Virus record (IMG/VR): IMGVR_UViG_3300032218_003007
Coordinates: 37,647 to 101,646 of that record
Strand: one strand, 5' to 3'
DNA length: 64,000 nucleotides
DNA from: a virus
Taxonomy: Duplodnaviria; Caudoviricetes
Shown: positions 18,914 through 27,288 of the stretch, piece by piece
Layout: each line of letters opens with the position of its first letter
How positions within the stretch are numbered: position 1 is the stretch's first letter
Notes under the pieces: model-generated
Databases searched by the model: none
Seen by the model: the letters and a program-made list of their open reading frames with translations, nothing else
Told to the model about the DNA's origin: nothing
Position numbers and translations under genes: made by a program

Positions 18914-19883
18914 TTATACCTCTCTTAAATAATATTTGTTGTGTATGCGCATCTTGTATCGCTTTACTTTCAAAAATGATCTCCGGGCAAAAATTATCGG
19001 ATGATATTCTAATAAGTTGTATCTGATGTTCTACGCATATTTTGTGTTTGATTATATCATTTTTTATAGATTGTTCTAACTGATGCCAATATTCTCCATC
19101 TACCTCAACTAATAATAACATATCATCTAGAAAAAAATCAAATTTTTTACTACCCAATACGTATTGTTTTTGGTATCTTATATTTTTACTCACTAAAAAC
19201 TGTTCGAACTTCTTTTCAAGTTTGGTATCTTTTTTTGAAGGAAAAACAAATCCTGTTTCTGCTATATGTTCTTTTCTTCTAGAACTTAGTAAATTTAGAT
19301 ATTTTTTAAATTCTTCTTCGTTTTCTCTTCTACGTTTCCAAGAATCTTTTTGCTTCTGTGTTTTTTTTACTTTGACTTCCTCACTAAGATTGATCTTTTT
19401 ACCAATTTTCGAATTAGATATTTTTTTCTTAGATTTCTCTGTATGAGGCCCTCTAGATATTCCTATCTTAGAATCAAAATAACACTGTTGGCATTCCATG
19501 CCATCGATAAAGTTTCCAATATTAACTTTATAGACACCGTGCTCTTTACAGCATATTTCTATTTGATCAGTTCTTGTTAAAAGTTTCAACGGCACAGAAT
19601 GAATGGAGTATTTGTCAGTTTGTGCTTTATCCAGGGCATCTAATGTTATTACCAATTTGGTATTTATGTGATCGCGACATCTCTTTTTTGCATCAGGGAG
19701 TCTGAATTTTTTACAAATGCTCAACGGTATATTGCACATTTCACAAGTAGGCGGAGGTTCTTTACGAAGATAAAGTTGTATTGCAGCATTAACATCAAAA
19801 ATGTTTTTCTCTCCCCCGTAATACTCTTTTAAACGTTTAAATTGGCGAGGATATCTTTTTTTAAAATCAATTGTTGAAATCAT
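18900..19883 (-). mobile_element. Free-standing homing endonuclease (Zn ribbons + NUMOD3 + Vsr/DUF559-like nuclease)
   Basis: CEMC, CKEHG...CQQC, HTEKSKKKISNSKIGK, TKLEKKF...KFDFFL..LLVEVDGEYWH. Visibly more AT-rich than the flanks; lies between the two polymerase halves. Confidence 0.85.
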
Positions 19884-19916
19884 AATGAAGTATTTATGCT
19901 CAACAGTTGATTTTAA
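19861..19916 (-). promoter_or_regulatory. 17-bp hairpin enclosing a late promoter and the endonuclease start codon
   Basis: 19861-19877 and 19900-19916 are inverted repeats with one mismatch. The loop holds ATAAATA (19891-19897) and the ATG (19883). Confidence 0.75.
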
Positions 19917-19925
19917 TCTTTTTGA

Positions 19926-21581
19926 CTAACTTTTTAATCTATTTGGAATAGGAATTCCAGATTCTAAAGAAGTCCATTGTCTTTTAGTTTTCTGAAGTTC
20001 TTTGCGTTCTGAATACCAACGCTCTAAAAGACCAGGTATAATACCTTTTACATCGAATCGAAATATTGTTCCATTCGCGCTCAAAGTCCACGGTTGGTTG
20101 CCCTCAAATATCATTCGCCATACTTCATCAGCAGTATGGACTGTGCTATTGCCATCTTCCCAGTCAATGGTAATTTCTGTTCCTACTTCTGCATTCATCA
20201 CAGCCTGGTATTCTAAACTGCCAAATAAACCGTCCCATGCATCTGCAAACGTAGAACCGATTACTCGTTTGCCATTTATTGTCTTTTCTGCCATCTTTTC
20301 GTGAATATAATGATCTGTCATTATTGGGCGAAGTTGACCCACGATAGTTTCTGGCCCCATATTCAATGCACGCAGAGTTGACGGATAAAGACTGTTTAAG
20401 TCGATAGCTCCAATGTATTCATGCATGCCTTTTTTAGGGTGGGCAACATAAGCACCAGCAGCTTTGTCATCAGTACTGCCATCTAAATGTTTTTCACTTT
20501 TGCGACGATTTGGAACTACCATGCCACGAGCGTGGGCTTCATTGATGATAGCCTGTTCAGTAACAGCCACTGCCCCCATTGTTGTTTGCAATAACACAGT
20601 GTTGTCATGAGCGAGTTCATTGGCAAGTTCCAAAAATCTTAACTTTTTATCTAGTTTAGCCAACAACATGGTATCTTGACGGTTGTAATCGATGAACTTT
20701 TCAAATTCTCGATTGTACAACTGATCTAGAGTTCCTTCATACGCTACTTTGCTGCCTACATCTTCATATTCACCAATGCTGTCTAGACTATAACTATGGC
20801 GTTCTTCGTATGTATACTTGCGATACAGTTGCATGTAGTCTAGATGAACCCGACCTATCAGATCGAAGGTAACCATTTCTGCACCAAATCGTTCAAATAT
20901 TTTTTGTTTGGGATATTGCCCCCATAAACAAAGTCTACGAGTATCGTCTTTGCTGAGAATCTTGTTTATACGCATAACAGTATACGGAATATCAAAACCT
21001 TCTGAGTTCCATCCACTCAAGATATCAGCATCATCAATAAGATCAAGAAAAGTCTCTAACATGTCTTCTTCTCGATCAAACAAAAAACAGTTGTCAAACT
21101 TAGCGCAGATTTCTTCTGCTGTTTGCCAGCTATAAGTTTTAGGTGGCAACACCAATGTCACCATCTTTTCCATCCAGTTTAGATATACACTGATGCTGGT
21201 TATCTTGTTGAAAGGATCAGTGGTTGGTGCATATCCTCGTTCGCTGTCAAAATCTACCTCGATGTCGAAGAACGCTGTTTGCAGCTTAGGAGAACTTGCA
21301 CCTAGATAGTTATCAGCCAAACATCGAAATATTGGATTGATATCTGATTCCCAGATTCGTTTACCTGAATTTATCTTGAGTTCTTTTTGAAATTCTTTGT
21401 TATTACGAGTACTGAATCTACTCACTGGAGTACCGTAGATACTACGAAATTTTCCGCGAGGATCATCGTAATAGAACGTGTAATTGGCTGGATATTCTCT
21501 GTAAACTCGCTGGCCGTCTATTCGCTCAGCTACATGAATACGATCTTTGGCCCGATCATAAAGGGCGTCTACATATGACAT
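19926..21581 (-). CDS. Family B DNA polymerase, N-terminal subunit (exonuclease, motif A, first fingers helix)
   Basis: ExoI FFDIEV, ExoII GWNSEGFDIPY, ExoIII YNRQD, motif A DLNSLYPS; ends after GIIPGLLERWYSERK. Confidence 0.96.
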   Translation of the reverse strand: MSYVDALYDRAKDRIHVAERIDGQRVYREYPANYTFYYDDPRGKFRSIYGTPVSRFSTRNNKEFQKELKINSGKRIWESDINPIFRCLADNYLGASSPKLQTAFFDIEVDFDSERGYAPTTDPFNKITSISVYLNWMEKMVTLVLPPKTYSWQTAEEICAKFDNCFLFDREEDMLETFLDLIDDADILSGWNSEGFDIPYTVMRINKILSKDDTRRLCLWGQYPKQKIFERFGAEMVTFDLIGRVHLDYMQLYRKYTYEERHSYSLDSIGEYEDVGSKVAYEGTLDQLYNREFEKFIDYNRQDTMLLAKLDKKLRFLELANELAHDNTVLLQTTMGAVAVTEQAIINEAHARGMVVPNRRKSEKHLDGSTDDKAAGAYVAHPKKGMHEYIGAIDLNSLYPSTLRALNMGPETIVGQLRPIMTDHYIHEKMAEKTINGKRVIGSTFADAWDGLFGSLEYQAVMNAEVGTEITIDWEDGNSTVHTADEVWRMIFEGNQPWTLSANGTIFRFDVKGIIPGLLERWYSERKELQKTKRQWTSLESGIPIPNRLKS

Positions 21582-21587
21582 ACTGTT

Positions 21588-21638
21588 CTCCTTGTGCTAC
21601 TTCTAGCTAGCACTGCTGCTTCGTGCTCGTGAGTGAGC
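21588..21638 (-). promoter_or_regulatory. Hairpin abutting the polymerase Shine-Dalgarno (candidate translational operator)
   Basis: GUGCUA-8 nt loop-UAGCAC (21613-21594) directly followed by AAGGAG. A second small hairpin lies at 21625-21638. Confidence 0.5.
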
Positions 21639-21642
21639 GATA

Positions 21643-21939
21643 CTATACTTGATTACTTAGTAATCTAAACAAACCTACACTGTCAATTGTCACCAACAGC
21701 AAATAGTTGGCTAGCATACCAAAACTATGTCTGGTCCAAGCTGCCCATGCATAGATAGAGCAACCTAGCATCCAAAAAGGATACATATAGACCAGTGGTG
21801 GAGTGGGTACAGTCAAAGCCATGATCAAAGCACAGCCTATGCTCAGTGCCCATGCAAATACTTCTAAGGCAAAACGCATAGGCCAATCACGATAATCACC
21901 TTTGACAAAACGCCAGGTACTATCGAACCAATCTATCAT
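21643..21939 (-). CDS. Small membrane protein
   Basis: 98 aa with three hydrophobic segments. Confidence 0.75.
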   Translation of the reverse strand: MIDWFDSTWRFVKGDYRDWPMRFALEVFAWALSIGCALIMALTVPTPPLVYMYPFWMLGCSIYAWAAWTRHSFGMLANYLLLVTIDSVGLFRLLSNQV

Positions 21940-22199
21940 AGAGTACGACCTACAGTCTCCAGGATTGTGTTCAATTCTTCATGTTCAGCATTGGTATCAG
22001 TGAGCTTGCTCTTCTGTGCAATCTTGATAGCCTTTTTCAGCAGAGTTGGCTTGATTTCCATTTCTTCAGCTACCGCCTTGATAGTATCAGACAATCCTTC
22101 ATTGAGGTCTTCAATTTCCTGATACACACCGATTGCTTCATTGAAAATCTGTACCAATTTTGCTTTTTGCTCTTGGGTAAAAACTCGATCCGCAGACAT
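21936..22199 (-). CDS. T4 DsbA-like dsDNA-binding protein
   Basis: Helical 87-aa protein, pattern KLVQIFNEA...IKAVAEEMEIKPTLLKKAIKIA. GGAG RBS before MSADRV. Confidence 0.65.
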   Translation of the reverse strand: MSADRVFTQEQKAKLVQIFNEAIGVYQEIEDLNEGLSDTIKAVAEEMEIKPTLLKKAIKIAQKSKLTDTNAEHEELNTILETVGRTL

Positions 22200-22267
22200 A
22201 ATATTCTCCTCTTTGAAAGACAAATTATACATTCGATACTATGGAAAACGCAAGTTGAATGGATAAA

Positions 22268-23221
22268 TCAGCTTGCTGTTTCTTCTGATTGATATGACCG
22301 TGGAAACTTGTTTTTTATTTTTTCGATTTCAGAATCGACATCATAGTCAGAAAAACTTTGTATTTCTTGAGTTTTTTGATGCATGGCTTGTGTGATTTGT
22401 TTTAACAATCCTGGAAACAACTCAGCAAATTTTTGGTCTGACTGAGTTAAGCTTGAACTGGTTTGCAGAGCATTTTTCATTTGGTTACTGGGCGCATGCA
22501 GTTGCCATTTGCCGTTAACATCGTTTGAATTGTTTTTATCTATGATGCTGATCAACACCCCTTCTGGTGCATATCTGCTGAACCACGTTTCTCCAGAACT
22601 GCTGCCAGTGCAGAAACTGGCTTGAATTCCCATTGAATTATTAAAATAATAGCAAGATCCAAAATTCAGTGGCAACACAACCAAAAATCTGTCATTGTCT
22701 ATCAATACTATTTCTTTTTTGTTTTTCTTGGCAGCTTTTATTTTTTCTTGGTTTCTTATTTTTTTTAGTGCTTCGCTATAATTGCTGTCGCGAAGCTTAT
22801 CTCGTATAGACCTTATATCTTTAAATTTGTTCAGATCTTGGTGAGCAGGAATTAATAGATTTCTGACTTTCAAAACTTTCCACATGCCTAATACATCAGC
22901 TTCACCAGAAATATCTTCATAATCGATAGCAAATTGAATATAACGATTAAATAACCATTCTTCAAAATATCTGCCAGCACTCATGTCACCGTAATCAGTG
23001 TTGACAAGAGCTTTGTCAATCATTTCTCGCCAGGCTAACAATGAATTTTTTGCACTTGATTTTCCCTTGCTTACTAATAAAGCTCTTGAATTTAGTGGAA
23101 TCGATGTATCGTTACGAAATGCTATTTCAAAAGCTTTTAGTTTAGGATCTTTGTCATCTGTATTTTGGGATAATAGTTGATCAACTATTCTAGATTCAAA
23201 CAAAAATTCATATGCTTTCAT
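22268..23221 (-). CDS. Putative internal head protein with PcfJ-like C-terminal domain
   Basis: Leader MKAYEFLFE; VVLPLNFGSC...ASFCTG...FSRY..EGVL...KWQLH pattern. Confidence 0.55.
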   Translation of the reverse strand: MKAYEFLFESRIVDQLLSQNTDDKDPKLKAFEIAFRNDTSIPLNSRALLVSKGKSSAKNSLLAWREMIDKALVNTDYGDMSAGRYFEEWLFNRYIQFAIDYEDISGEADVLGMWKVLKVRNLLIPAHQDLNKFKDIRSIRDKLRDSNYSEALKKIRNQEKIKAAKKNKKEIVLIDNDRFLVVLPLNFGSCYYFNNSMGIQASFCTGSSSGETWFSRYAPEGVLISIIDKNNSNDVNGKWQLHAPSNQMKNALQTSSSLTQSDQKFAELFPGLLKQITQAMHQKTQEIQSFSDYDVDSEIEKIKNKFPRSYQSEETAS

Positions 23222-23233
23222 AAGCGCAGATTC

Positions 23234-24385
23234 CTAAGCTGTCATTAATGCTGACTGTTTGAAAAAATATAAAACAGTGGAAAGTTTTTGCATATCGCCT
23301 TTTCGTATGTCTGAAAAAAGTCGATCAACGTAGTCATGGTTAATTCCCTGAGTTAACTCACGCCAATTATGTTTGTCGTAAACAATTTGCGAAAATTCCA
23401 CGTCGGGATCTCGTGAGTCAGGATAATGATGGTAGGTAGCCAATAACACAGCGTATTTAATCATCTTATCTAAGCTATTGCCAACTTTTTCTGCATCAGT
23501 TTCGGAGTCTAAATATTCTATCAAATCATTTATATCACTTAGTTTGCGAATTTTGTTACTAACGTTGCGATATGCATCGTTTTTTACCATGATGTTGATG
23601 GAATTTTTAAGCTCACCTTTTGCAGATTCTAAAGTTCGCCGCCAAATTGGTTTAAATCGTTCCAACAACCAAGAAAAAGAAACGTTTTCAGATGTATTGT
23701 CTTTTTTGGCATTCTTTCTAGCTTTGAATTTATCAAAGGAAGCAGAATACTGCGCTGCAATATATACGTCTTTCTTTTTGATGTTGCCCAAGGTATGTTT
23801 TAAGCGATCTAGAAAATTCTTTTTACCTGTTGTTTTAAAAAAAACTATGTCATCTATATCGTCCGCAGGGAATAATAGTTCACCTTTGTTAGTTCTACGA
23901 TCAAAAGTAGCATAAATTTTACGTGTGGGATCATTTGGTAGCCAATAATTGACAAATTGCCCAGTATCACTCCAACTGTACTCCCATCTGGGGTTATTGG
24001 TTGTGTTTATCAAAATAAATAATTCTTTCAGCAAATTATCAAAATTAGAGGCTGATGTTGTTTTAATTATGGTTTCTGCATCACTGCGGGGATTGGTATA
24101 CCATACATGATAGACTGTATCTGCAGGGTGCGATCCAAACTGGGGAGTCTTTGCCGCTATACCAGCAACACCTTTTTCAAATTCAATTAAAAGCAATGAA
24201 TTGTTTGGAATACTTGATTTAATATCGTATTGTGTGAAATCTGCGTCATGCAGTATAACATTATTTTTATGCAGATGTTGTATAATCTCGATTGCCTTAG
24301 GTGATTTGGAAAAAAACTCCATAGGCTTGCTGTATTCAACAAGTGTGCTTTCAATTAATTGTATATGTCGTCTTATATCGCTCAT
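23234..24385 (-). CDS. Putative internal head protein, unknown function
   Basis: 383 aa, leader MSDIRRHIQLIESTLVE. Confidence 0.6.
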   Translation of the reverse strand: MSDIRRHIQLIESTLVEYSKPMEFFSKSPKAIEIIQHLHKNNVILHDADFTQYDIKSSIPNNSLLLIEFEKGVAGIAAKTPQFGSHPADTVYHVWYTNPRSDAETIIKTTSASNFDNLLKELFILINTTNNPRWEYSWSDTGQFVNYWLPNDPTRKIYATFDRRTNKGELLFPADDIDDIVFFKTTGKKNFLDRLKHTLGNIKKKDVYIAAQYSASFDKFKARKNAKKDNTSENVSFSWLLERFKPIWRRTLESAKGELKNSINIMVKNDAYRNVSNKIRKLSDINDLIEYLDSETDAEKVGNSLDKMIKYAVLLATYHHYPDSRDPDVEFSQIVYDKHNWRELTQGINHDYVDRLFSDIRKGDMQKLSTVLYFFKQSALMTA

Positions 24386-24391
24386 AATCTT

Positions 24392-25171
24392 TTATTTATC
24401 TTCCAAAAGATCTTTTATTGCCGACATACTGGTGAAACGTATCAGCAAACAAGGGTCGCCAACCCAACATTCATTGTCTGAATAATATTGGCGGGTTGCA
24501 GCAAATTCGCTCGTGCTTAGTAGTTCCCAATGGGCTCGCTGCGGAGACAAAGCGTGATATAAGTACTGGTAAAAGTATTTTGGATTTAAGCCAAATTTTT
24601 TACAGTAGTTTTCTGCTTCTGGTGTTAAAACTTCTTGTGCAACATCTCCAGCACTTAAATTCAAATAATCTTCGAGCCAATTATTGAATGCCTGCATGCT
24701 GGTATAACCATAAAAATGAAGATTGGGGTCAACAGTAATTGGCGTTCGCCATATATCATTTTGTGGACAAATTCCAATCTTGCTGCCATTAAATGGAATA
24801 ACGGCATAAGTATCACCAGAACTTTTTTTCCCGATAGGATCAGCAAATCCTTGGGCGTAATCAAAGCCGGCCGAGCAAATTAGGCTTTTACTGCGACGAG
24901 GATACTCTTTCATATATGGACTATTATCCAGCAGAACAGTATAATGGTTGGTAGTGTTTTGACTGATTCTTGATCCGGAACTTGGATATACAATTCTGTA
25001 ATCCCCAAAATCAGTCATGCCACGATACAATGTTTTTTCACCTTTTTGTTGAACCAGCGGTAAAAAATCACTGCACTTGGTTTTTAAAATTTCCACAGCC
25101 TGATCTTGTGATAAATCTTTGTGCTGATAGGCTTGTACGCCAGCCTCAATGATGAATTCTTGATATCTCAT
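24392..25171 (-). CDS. Putative internal head protein, ADP-ribosyltransferase-like (paralogue 1)
   Basis: Leader MRYQEFIIE; LYRGM / KSLICS / NECWV in R-S-E arrangement. Confidence 0.55.
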   Translation of the reverse strand: MRYQEFIIEAGVQAYQHKDLSQDQAVEILKTKCSDFLPLVQQKGEKTLYRGMTDFGDYRIVYPSSGSRISQNTTNHYTVLLDNSPYMKEYPRRSKSLICSAGFDYAQGFADPIGKKSSGDTYAVIPFNGSKIGICPQNDIWRTPITVDPNLHFYGYTSMQAFNNWLEDYLNLSAGDVAQEVLTPEAENYCKKFGLNPKYFYQYLYHALSPQRAHWELLSTSEFAATRQYYSDNECWVGDPCLLIRFTSMSAIKDLLEDK

Positions 25172-25172
25172 T

Positions 25173-26480
25173 TCAATAAACTAAATTAAGTTTTTCAAAT
25201 ATCAAAGGCAACACTTTATCACGATAAAAAGTGTAATCAACACGATAATAATATAAACTACTTTCGTTGTTTGGTGGATAAATCATGATTTCATTGTGTG
25301 ATAAAATTGCTTCAGATAAAAGACCGGAGTTTTTGCTAGAACCGTATTCATAATCTGCTTTGTTATATAAATCGTCGATAAATTCAAAAGCTGTATCCAG
25401 GTCATTGTTGTTTCTAGCCATAGTCTCTATATAAGCTGGTATTTTACCGTATAAATCTCTGATTTTTGGACTATAACAAAACTTAAATCCATTCATTGGA
25501 AAAATCACACTCAATTTTCCATATTCAGTAGCGTCCAGCGCGTCGCCGGTGCAAAACATGCCGTATCTAAAAGGTAACCCACTGTCTGCACTGTGATTAA
25601 GATTCATTCTTTGATTAAGTAGCTCTGGGGTATCTGTACTTCCCTGCTCAATTTTTTTCTGACGGTTACCGATATCATATCTTGTAAGTGAAAAATTTGG
25701 TGTGCTGCGTTTGCTACCTCGATACAAATTTAATCTGGTATCTTTCTTAAATATTGACATCATATCACTGCAATTTTTAAACAACTCACGTATAAAGATC
25801 GACAGATCATCTTCTTTTGTTAAATTTGATGCAGCTTCATCAATGTAAGGTAAGCGAACATTTTTATTCTTTTCAGGATCAAATGGCTTGACTTCTTTTT
25901 TCTTGGTCGCGCCTCGCCAACCACGTTCCCATGCTGCAGCACCTGCAGCAGCACTTTTACCCTGCTTAATAAAATGAGCGATTACTTCTTGCTTGCTGTT
26001 AAAGCCTTCTGAAATATCTTTGTTGGAAAAGCGAGGATTATAAAAATTGCCTTCTATGTACCAATCTAAATATTGATATCCTTGTTCATAGTTATCTCTG
26101 ACATCGCTGACAATTACGTTATATCCAAGATCGTCTAAAAACAGTTGAACTTCGCGTATCAACCACTCTTTAGATTGCTGATTCCAGTTCATTACTTGCC
26201 CTACATCAAAGTCATTCCAATCCTCGCCAATGATACCGGCTAGCTGAACGTCTGTATACCATCTACCATTTTTGTCATTGTTGCCATCGCCATCTACCGC
26301 AAATTCATATAAACTTTCTGGATATATTTCACGAGATTCTTTGTGCTTCTTTCGACCAGCACAATGAGCTTTTTGGCTGAAACCTTTTGGATGACTGCAA
26401 TCAATACTGCGTTTGTATTTTTTGCTCCATTTTTCACTCACTCGGCTAGTTTCTTCGTTGAGTATTTCGTTTATTTTCAT
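25173..26480 (-). CDS. Modular putative internal head protein with C-terminal ART-like domain
   Basis: Leader MKINEILNE; KWSKKYKRSIDCSHPKGFSQKAHCAGRKK micro-module; LYRGS / GMFCT / HNEIMI. Confidence 0.55.
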   Translation of the reverse strand: MKINEILNEETSRVSEKWSKKYKRSIDCSHPKGFSQKAHCAGRKKHKESREIYPESLYEFAVDGDGNNDKNGRWYTDVQLAGIIGEDWNDFDVGQVMNWNQQSKEWLIREVQLFLDDLGYNVIVSDVRDNYEQGYQYLDWYIEGNFYNPRFSNKDISEGFNSKQEVIAHFIKQGKSAAAGAAAWERGWRGATKKKEVKPFDPEKNKNVRLPYIDEAASNLTKEDDLSIFIRELFKNCSDMMSIFKKDTRLNLYRGSKRSTPNFSLTRYDIGNRQKKIEQGSTDTPELLNQRMNLNHSADSGLPFRYGMFCTGDALDATEYGKLSVIFPMNGFKFCYSPKIRDLYGKIPAYIETMARNNNDLDTAFEFIDDLYNKADYEYGSSKNSGLLSEAILSHNEIMIYPPNNESSLYYYRVDYTFYRDKVLPLIFEKLNLVY

Positions 26481-26537
26481 TTTATTTTATGCCTATTTAA
26501 CTTTTTTGTGTAAAACATATGAAACAGCTATGAATCA

Positions 26538-27278
26538 TCATATCTTTTTGATCACTTCATTCAGCATATCACGTCGGATTAATAACACTTTTCCGCCTAC
26601 CCAACATTCTCTACGATCTAATAACTCACGGTTAGCTGCAAATGCAGCAGTTGAAAACAAGTTGAATCCTGTGTGTTCTGGTGACATTCGTTGATCTATT
26701 ATGTCATAAAATTGATCCGGATTGACACCATTATCTACACATAGAGATCGCAATGTGTCTGGTATTTTTCTTTCTGATACGTCTTTTTCACTGAGTTTAA
26801 AATGTCGTCTAAAATACAGATCGATGTCTTCAAAAGAACAAACTTCTCCTCCCGCCAGGGGAAGATTTCTTATCACGGTGAACCAAATATCACTATACGG
26901 ACAGACTCCAATTTTTTGCCCATCGAACGGTACCAATGCATATATAGTTCCATAATCTCCAGCATAACTTTTATCAGTCGTACAAATTAAACTTTTACTA
27001 CGTGCTGGATATTCACGAAAATAAGGACTGTTATCCATCAATATGGTATAGTAATTTTTAGTATTAGTACTTTTTCTAACACCAGTGCTGGGATCTATAA
27101 CCAAAAACGCACCTCGGTTGGTCATGCCCCGAAACAATGTGTCTCTGCTCTTAACCAGTTTTAATGAATCTTTGCAGTTGTTTTTTAATATTTCTACAGC
27201 TTCGTCACTAGACCAGTCTCGAACTTGAATTTCGTATGGTTTGACTGCTGTTTCCGTGATGATCTCTTTTGCTTTCAT
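26538..27278 (-). CDS. Putative internal head protein, ADP-ribosyltransferase-like (paralogue 2)
   Basis: Leader MKAKEIITE; clear paralogue of 24392-25171 (DNSPY..EYP.RSKSLIC, KIG.CP..DIW, ECWVG). Confidence 0.55.
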   Translation of the reverse strand: MKAKEIITETAVKPYEIQVRDWSSDEAVEILKNNCKDSLKLVKSRDTLFRGMTNRGAFLVIDPSTGVRKSTNTKNYYTILMDNSPYFREYPARSKSLICTTDKSYAGDYGTIYALVPFDGQKIGVCPYSDIWFTVIRNLPLAGGEVCSFEDIDLYFRRHFKLSEKDVSERKIPDTLRSLCVDNGVNPDQFYDIIDQRMSPEHTGFNLFSTAAFAANRELLDRRECWVGGKVLLIRRDMLNEVIKKI

Positions 27279-27288
27279 TGATGTTAGC

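Noticed and set aside
18900-19925. Endonuclease as an intron-encoded ORF or intein within the polymerase
   Set aside because: No P/Q/R/S elements flank it (42-nt gap upstream, overlap downstream), and there are no intein Cys/Ser start or His-Asn end motifs. The real intron lies wholly downstream.
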